A DNA stretch of 11,954 nucleotides. Origin: Chthoniobacterales bacterium (GTDB taxonomy: Bacteria; Verrucomicrobiota; Verrucomicrobiia; Chthoniobacterales; Chthoniobacteraceae). The notes under the pieces are model-generated. The model was not told the origin of the DNA. It was given only the letters and a program-made list of their open reading frames with translations, and made no database searches. Positions 6,660 through 11,954 of the stretch are shown piece after piece (position 1 is the first letter of the stretch; each line of letters opens with the position of its first letter). Location of the stretch: positions 1-11,954 of the forward strand of contig JBBQZX010000046.1 in the NCBI GenBank assembly GCA_038207335.1, given 5' to 3'. Position numbers and translations under genes: made by a program.

Positions 6660-8254
6660 GCGAAGACGGGGCTGAGTGTGGCGTTGCCTGCCGTGGGCTT
6701 GTTTTCGATGGCGCGCTTCACGTCGCGCAGGAGGCCGCTCTGCGTCGTCAGTTCCCGCGTCTGGCGCTGTTGCTCGCGGAGCATGGGATCGCCATTGCTG
6801 TAAGCCGCACCGCCGCCGCCGATGCGCTGGATGGCCGAGATCGCGGACTTCTTGCCTTTGTTCGTATCCTCCTCGGGGTCAAGCAGAGGGCCGCTTGGTT
6901 TGGTTGGCTTCGTGGCGTCGAGTGATTGCTGCGAAACGATCTGCACACGGCTCATCACCGAGGCCACCGCGTCGCCGAGGTGTTGCTCCCAATCGCTCGT
7001 TTCGATCAGGGAATTGCCTTTATCAAAGCCCGCGCTCAATGCCGTGCCGATGTTGCTGAAGGCGTCGCGCATCCGACTCGCCGCCTTGTCGAACGATGGG
7101 CCAAGCAAGTCACCGCCGGAGTCGCGATTATCCTGACCGGACTCGCGCACCGTCTGCGCCAGACCCTGCATCTCCGCGGCACCCTGGCCGATTTTCTCGC
7201 CGATCAGCGGAATGCCGGAGAGGTAATCGAGTAGCTTCGCAATCCCATCGAGCAGGAACGCGATGAAGCCTTGTGCGATCCCCATCATGGCCTTGCCCAT
7301 CCCAATCCAAAAGTCCGCGGTCGTGAGAATCTGAAAGAGCGTGATCGCGTTCTTGATCGACTCGGCCAACGCCTGCCAGAGCGCCTGGGCCACGGCCATG
7401 AGCGCGCCCGCGAGGAAGTTCACGGCATTGGCGAAGGCGATTTTCGCCGAGGTCAAAAGGATGTCGCCGACTTTCCCATCGGAGAATGCCTGGACGATAA
7501 ACGCCACGGCTTCACCTGCCTGCTGGCCCCACTTCGCGAGATCGAGATTGGCGAAGCGGTCGATCAACGGCTTGAGAACGGGCGCGACCTTGTCTGCCAG
7601 CCCAATCCAGAATCCGCGGACCTTGACCCCGGTGAGTGCGAGCTTGTCGCTGATGTCATCGAAGAGGTTGGCATCGCGTTGAAGCAAGGCCGCCTGCGAT
7701 CCAACCTGCGCCGCCGCGTCGCCAAACCCATCACCGGCGAAAAGCGCCAGCAATTCCGCGCCGCTGCGGCCAAATAGTTGCATCGACAAAGCGGCGCGTT
7801 CGGAGGGATCGCGGACGTTGTTAATCGCTTTGCCGAGCGTGCGGAACTGCTCGGCAGGCGTCTTCGCCTTCAGCTCTTCGAGTTTGATCCCGAGCTTATC
7901 CACTGTGTCGGCGGCGGAATCCCCATGCAGCGACTTCGCCATCTTCGCAAGCACCGGCCCGACGTCCTCCGCCGTCTTGCCCGCGTTGGCGAACTCCTGT
8001 TGTAAGACGACGAGATCGCCCACGGCCACGCCGGTATTGGCCGAACGATCGCTGAGCTCCCCACCTAAATCGAGCGCCTGGCGGAAATGATCGAAGCCTG
8101 CCGTTACAACTCCCGCCGCCGCGCGGATGGCAATGAACGCTGCCGCGAACTTTGCGATGCGCGACTGCAGCGCGAGCATCTTGCCATTGATGCGCGCTAG
8201 CGCACTGCTCAGGCGGCTGTCGTCGGCATCGAATACGGCGGTGGCTTTCGGCAT
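6656..8254 (-). CDS. Phage tail tape measure protein-like
   Basis: 532 aa, Ala/Gly/Leu-rich and helical. Contains TMP-type segments GGELSDRSANTGVAVGDL, LGIKLEELKAKTPAEQF and ERAALSMQLFGRSGAELL, a long amphipathic mid-section, and C-terminal IQRIGGGG...QQRQTREL. Confidence 0.85.
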   Translation of the reverse strand: MPKATAVFDADDSRLSSALARINGKMLALQSRIAKFAAAFIAIRAAAGVVTAGFDHFRQALDLGGELSDRSANTGVAVGDLVVLQQEFANAGKTAEDVGPVLAKMAKSLHGDSAADTVDKLGIKLEELKAKTPAEQFRTLGKAINNVRDPSERAALSMQLFGRSGAELLALFAGDGFGDAAAQVGSQAALLQRDANLFDDISDKLALTGVKVRGFWIGLADKVAPVLKPLIDRFANLDLAKWGQQAGEAVAFIVQAFSDGKVGDILLTSAKIAFANAVNFLAGALMAVAQALWQALAESIKNAITLFQILTTADFWIGMGKAMMGIAQGFIAFLLDGIAKLLDYLSGIPLIGEKIGQGAAEMQGLAQTVRESGQDNRDSGGDLLGPSFDKAASRMRDAFSNIGTALSAGFDKGNSLIETSDWEQHLGDAVASVMSRVQIVSQQSLDATKPTKPSGPLLDPEEDTNKGKKSAISAIQRIGGGGAAYSNGDPMLREQQRQTRELTTQSGLLRDVKRAIENKPTAGNATLSPVFA

Positions 8255-8268
8255 CGACGGACGCGCGC

Positions 8269-8274
8269 CGTCAA
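8269..8274 (-). promoter_or_regulatory. TTGACG motif 14 nt upstream of the tape measure ATG
   Basis: Minus strand reads TTGACG GCGCGCGTCCGTCG ATG(8254). Confidence 0.6.
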
Positions 8275-8354
8275 CCCAACCGCCGACTGCATTCCAAATC
8301 GGAGGAGAGGTATGAGGAGGTATCGAGACCCATCGCCCCCCGGATACCCGACTC

Positions 8355-8411
8355 TCAGTTTGCGTGCCGTGACAGCAACACAGGGAGAAGCAGGAGGTGA
8401 ATGCGTCTCAA
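8355..8411 (-). pseudogene. Possible truncated 5' end of a host secreted-protein gene
   Basis: GGAGAG-AAAA-TTG then RRIHLLLLPVLLSRHAN-stop. This is a signal-peptide-like start 34 nt after the G8 gene stop, and it ends after 18 codons. Confidence 0.3.
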
Positions 8412-8445
8412 TTTTCTCTCCGGGGGCAGCAACGAAAGAACTTCA

Positions 8446-10791
8446 TCAAGGCTCGGCGTGTTGCCGGACTTCATGCGGCGTGAGTTCCGCATTGTTTGCG
8501 CGGTCGGTGGACTGCGCGACGTAGCGACCATCGGCAGGGGCGTCGAGCGTGAGGGTCCAGTCCGCAATGCCTGCTTCTTGCGTGATGATCGTTGCGGGGT
8601 GGCCATTGACGGTGATGGTCGCGATCTCGCCGTTGTCGTGCGAGACGCCGCGCACGATTCGCTTGGCATCTTCGCTGGTGATGCTGGTGATCAAGGTTGC
8701 GGGCGGCAGGTCATCCACGGGTGCGAGGAGTTCGGGGAACGAAATGCGTTTGACCTCGGCGGCGCGCGCCTCGGGGCCGGTCCAGTCGGCGATGCTGCGA
8801 TAGGCTCCGTCGTTGATGATTTGCGGGAGCTTCATGCTCGCCACTCGCGTCGTCGCGCCGGGCGCGGGTGTGTCGTGAAAGTAATAGCTCACGGGATGAT
8901 CCAGCTTCTCCGTGCGCGGGCCGCCGCCGAAGTCCACGACGTTGCCGCCTGACTTGCTGTTGGTGATTGTTATGCAGCGAAAGTGTCCGGTGAGATCGGC
9001 TTTTCGCGCGATGCCGGTGAGTTGGATGAACGGGTCGCGTTCGAGACGGCAGTTAGTAAACGTGAGGCGGTCATACGAAAAATCGCCATACGGCAGGCTC
9101 TCCTCGTCATGGCCGCCGTTGAGCGGCTCGGCGGTGATGTGGTCGAGCGTGATGTCGCGATAGACGTGCGCATCGTAGTCGGGGTGGTAGATGCCAAAGG
9201 CCGCGTTCTGCGCGCGCAGTCCGTCGAGCAGGAAGAACTGCACATTGGGCCGGATGACATAATGCGACTGCCATGCGCGCAGGTTGCGGACGATGAACGG
9301 ATGCGCGCGGTCGCCATGCACCGAGCCGTGCGTCTCGTCGCCGAAGCGAAAATCGAACAAGCCTTCGCTGTGCGATTCGTTGTCCTCGAAGCGCAGGAAC
9401 GGCAGCGTGCGCACATCGCGCTCGGCGACCTGGCCGTCAGGTCCGCGCAGGCGCAGCATGGGATTGAAGTCCGCGGTCTTAATGATCTGAAAGTGGTAGC
9501 CGTAGTGATCGTTTTCACACGCGACATTGCGGGTGAAAGTGTTCCGCGCGTTCGCCCACCAGAAGCCCGCGCCGTCGTTGGGATCGAACGTGCGCACCTG
9601 CTTCGGCAAGGGCACGCTGCCAAAGGCCTGCACGGCGAGATTGCGATCCAGCACGTTCCATTGCTCCGTCGCGTCCTCGAGGAAGAAGCCGTGGCCGCGC
9701 GACTGGTAGCCCACGCAATCGCGCACCAGCAGATGGTCGGTGCCGTGGATGGTGACCCAGCGGTTTTGCGAATCCCAGATGCTCGCGCCGAGCACGCCGC
9801 TCCCGCGCATGGTGCTGCGCACAAGATGAAAATGGATCGGATATTTGCCGAGCACGCCGTCTTTTCCCAAATGCCGGAACTCCGCGTAACTAATGCCGCC
9901 CGCGGAGTCGCGATGATACATGGTATGGCCGCGCACGCCGGCGGGTTCGGCGGACTCGATGACGACGTTGCGCGAGAGATTGGCGACCTCGCAGCGCATC
10001 AATCCTTCGCCATGATGCGCTTTGCCGAGGGCGCGATCCAGCGTGAGCGCTGCGCCTTCGATGGCCGTGATCACGCGCTCTTCAGTGCCCACCGGCTTCT
10101 GTCGGCCAAACGGCACTTTTTTTTGAAAGCTAGTCCCAGACTCAATCGTCGGCGCGTCGCCGCTGGTGATGATGACGCGGTCACCGACGTGCCAGTCGCT
10201 CACGGGTTGCTCCAGGGTGACGCGCGCATCGCCCACCCTGGCCGGTGCGGCGAGCTTGAGCCAGGTGCGGCTCATTGGCGCGCCATGCGCCTCCCAGCCT
10301 CCGCCGCAGGCGATAATGGCGGGCAGCGTCTCCGGGTTCGTGCCTTTGAAATGACGCAGCCGGATCGTCGCCTTCACGCCGTATGGAATCGGCGAGGCTG
10401 GCGTGCCGATTTCCAGCACCGGCATCGCGCCGCTCGCAGGCAGCGCGGGTGCTTCATCATGGCAGTTGAAGTCGTCTTCTGTCGTGGTGTCGCCCGGCTC
10501 GATCTTGATGAGCCCCACATCGAGCAGCGTGTTTTTTTCCCGCGAGAAAGTGAGCGTGCCGGCGACGTGCAGCAGCCGCAGCGCGGCGCTGGAATCCACA
10601 TCATAGGTGACGACGTGCCCTGCGCGCACCTGCACAAAATCACCCGCCTGCGGCTGGCGCCCGCCTTCCCACGTCTGCGCGTCGGACCACTTGCCGCCAT
10701 GCGCGGTGCGGGCATTGAAGACTACGGGTTCCGCTGCGGCCATCGCGGCGGTGAGCGCAAAAGCGCAGAGAAGTGTCAGGTTGAATTTCAT
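8446..10791 (-). CDS. Secreted G8-domain protein with CEMIP/TMEM2/fibrocystin-like parallel beta-helix and C-terminal Ig-like domain
   Basis: Signal peptide MKFNLTLLCAFALTAAMAAA. G8 N-terminus GKWSDAQTWEGGRQPQAGDFVQVRAGHVVTYD, then WHVGDRVIITS, EVANLSRNVVI, LGKYPIHFHL, RWVTIHGT and GHGFFLED. C-terminal DDLPPATLIT...VRGVSHDNGEIATITVNG...STDRANN. Confidence 0.88.
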   Translation of the reverse strand: MKFNLTLLCAFALTAAMAAAEPVVFNARTAHGGKWSDAQTWEGGRQPQAGDFVQVRAGHVVTYDVDSSAALRLLHVAGTLTFSREKNTLLDVGLIKIEPGDTTTEDDFNCHDEAPALPASGAMPVLEIGTPASPIPYGVKATIRLRHFKGTNPETLPAIIACGGGWEAHGAPMSRTWLKLAAPARVGDARVTLEQPVSDWHVGDRVIITSGDAPTIESGTSFQKKVPFGRQKPVGTEERVITAIEGAALTLDRALGKAHHGEGLMRCEVANLSRNVVIESAEPAGVRGHTMYHRDSAGGISYAEFRHLGKDGVLGKYPIHFHLVRSTMRGSGVLGASIWDSQNRWVTIHGTDHLLVRDCVGYQSRGHGFFLEDATEQWNVLDRNLAVQAFGSVPLPKQVRTFDPNDGAGFWWANARNTFTRNVACENDHYGYHFQIIKTADFNPMLRLRGPDGQVAERDVRTLPFLRFEDNESHSEGLFDFRFGDETHGSVHGDRAHPFIVRNLRAWQSHYVIRPNVQFFLLDGLRAQNAAFGIYHPDYDAHVYRDITLDHITAEPLNGGHDEESLPYGDFSYDRLTFTNCRLERDPFIQLTGIARKADLTGHFRCITITNSKSGGNVVDFGGGPRTEKLDHPVSYYFHDTPAPGATTRVASMKLPQIINDGAYRSIADWTGPEARAAEVKRISFPELLAPVDDLPPATLITSITSEDAKRIVRGVSHDNGEIATITVNGHPATIITQEAGIADWTLTLDAPADGRYVAQSTDRANNAELTPHEVRQHAEP

Positions 10792-10838
10792 CGTGGTTAG
10801 CTGTCGGTTTCGGTTGGAAAATGCAGCGCGCGGGCGAG

Positions 10839-11750
10839 TTAGCTTGTTTTCGCCACGCCGATTTGAACTTCGAGGACGACCTCCTCCACCTTGCGCACCG
10901 TCACAATCGTCCCTTCCTTGGCAGCTTTCAAAGTTGCAGCCCCTGCCGGCCGATAGGCACCACCATCAATGCTTTCGACGATCGAAACGTGGTCGGCGAT
11001 CCGCAGGTTGATTAGCCTCTCATATTCATTGGCGGCCAATGAAGTGACACCTTTCCCGCGCATCCGAAGGATGCCGTCTTTGAAGGAGACAAACGAGCCG
11101 CGCACCGTCCCTCGGCTTTGCCCGATGTAACGTTCGATCTGTCGCTTCGACGCGCCGAGTTGGATGACCTCGATCGTGTCGGGATCGTATTCGCTGCGGG
11201 CGGTGAGGAGCGTGCCTTGCTTGGCCTTCTTCAAAACCTCCCCGGCTGGGCCTGCATGTTTGTAGTCACCGCCGTCGATGCTTTCGAGCACAGGAATGGC
11301 CGGGTCGATCGTCAGCGAGACATTGCCTGCCGGTTTCTGGACAAATCCCGGCGGGACATCGGCGGCGAGGAGATTCAGTTTCCCGTTGCGGTAGGATTCA
11401 AACGTGCCAATGACGCGATGATCCAAGCCGAAGATGATTTCGTGATCCGCGACACTCACCCGAAACACTGTTCCGGGAGCCACGCGGCTCAAGGCATCGG
11501 CGGTATCCACCACCTTGGAACCGGGGCCGCTTTCATTATTCTCGAAGGTCTGGTAGTTCGCGCCGATGTGCTCGAAGATAATCGGGCCGGACTTGCCCTT
11601 GAGCGTCAGCGTCCCGTCCCTAAACGACACGAACGAGCCGCTGGCCGCCTGCTCCTTCGGTTCGGACTTGTCCGCCGCGAAAATCGCAGTCGTGAACAGC
11701 AGCGCACAAGTTAAAGTCAGGATGGTTTTCATGGCGTTGCGTGAAGTCAT
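10839..11750 (-). CDS. Secreted hypothetical protein with three internal repeats (OB-fold/DUF5666-like by inference)
   Basis: ATG 11750 overlaps the upstream stop (ATGA); ATG 11732 is an alternative start. Signal peptide MKTILTLTCALLFTTAIFA. Repeats GSFVSFRDGTLTL / GTFESYRNGKLNL / GSFVSFKDGILRM, and ESIDGG twice. Confidence 0.8.
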   Translation of the reverse strand: MTSRNAMKTILTLTCALLFTTAIFAADKSEPKEQAASGSFVSFRDGTLTLKGKSGPIIFEHIGANYQTFENNESGPGSKVVDTADALSRVAPGTVFRVSVADHEIIFGLDHRVIGTFESYRNGKLNLLAADVPPGFVQKPAGNVSLTIDPAIPVLESIDGGDYKHAGPAGEVLKKAKQGTLLTARSEYDPDTIEVIQLGASKRQIERYIGQSRGTVRGSFVSFKDGILRMRGKGVTSLAANEYERLINLRIADHVSIVESIDGGAYRPAGAATLKAAKEGTIVTVRKVEEVVLEVQIGVAKTS

Positions 11751-11953
11751 TTCAGGTCCTTCAGCGCTGAGATCGTCAACGGCTCGGCGGGATCGATGAT
11801 GAACCATTGCGGCAGTGCGCGGTCGAGCGTGACAAAGACGTCGTCGAAGCTGCCCTTCGGTGCCTTCTCGATGGAGAGGCACCAAAAGCCCGCCCACTCG
11901 CCGCCAGTCTGCGCGGGTGTGATGGTCGCGCGGGCGATCCGCTCGGTCTGCGT
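11747..11953 (-). CDS. 3' end of a hypothetical protein (runs off the window edge)
   Basis: Open GC3-rich frame TQTERIARATITPAQTGGEWAGFWCLSIEKAPKGSFDDVFVTLDRALPQWFIIDPAEPLTISALKDLK-stop; its TGA overlaps the next ATG. Confidence 0.75.
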   Translation of the reverse strand, partial: TQTERIARATITPAQTGGEWAGFWCLSIEKAPKGSFDDVFVTLDRALPQWFIIDPAEPLTISALKDLK

Positions 11954-11954
11954 G

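Larger units (their letters stand above)
209..8274. mobile_element. Reduced/defective prophage-like element (integrase plus tail, glycosyltransferase and holin-like module); boundaries approximate
   Basis: A serine recombinase converges on a tightly packed co-directional module that starts with a tape-measure-like gene. There is an abrupt switch to unrelated secreted-protein host genes beyond about 8350. Confidence 0.7.

Noticed and set aside
8300..8952. Plus-strand ORFs 8312-8524 and 8401-8952 preceded by GGAGG-like sequences
   Set aside because: The products are featureless and overlap the G8 gene antisense; the SD spacing for 8401 is too short.
8983..10800. 605-aa plus-strand ORF
   Set aside because: Antisense shadow of the G8 gene.
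11751..11897. N-terminal extension of the 352-aa ORF
   Set aside because: It overlaps the upstream partial gene in another frame. The ATGA coupling at 11747-11750 and the signal peptide define the real start.

Overview
GC-rich bacterial window with two parts. The gene style suggests Verrucomicrobiota, but this is a weak inference. Part 1 (about 1-8350) is a reduced prophage-like element. It carries a large serine recombinase on the + strand, preceded by a 150-bp symmetric array of four palindromes and a sigma70-like promoter. A minus-strand module converges on it: tape measure protein, a tail-associated protein, a Gly/Ser-rich protein, a degenerate nucleotidyltransferase-fold protein, three glycosyltransferase-like genes (DUF6734-like, GT2/GT7C, GT25) and a holin-like membrane protein. 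No head, terminase, tail-tube or endolysin genes are visible, and there is an apparent frame junction at about 6018. Four module genes share an unusual TTGACR-N13/14-start codon signature and lack a clear Shine-Dalgarno. Part 2 (8446-11954) is a minus-strand host operon: a partial hypothetical gene, a secreted triple-repeat protein and a secreted G8/CEMIP-like beta-helix protein. The most interesting signals are the TTGACR-N13-start motif, the three-glycosyltransferase cassette within the tail module (possible virion glycosylation), and the phased palindrome array next to the recombinase.
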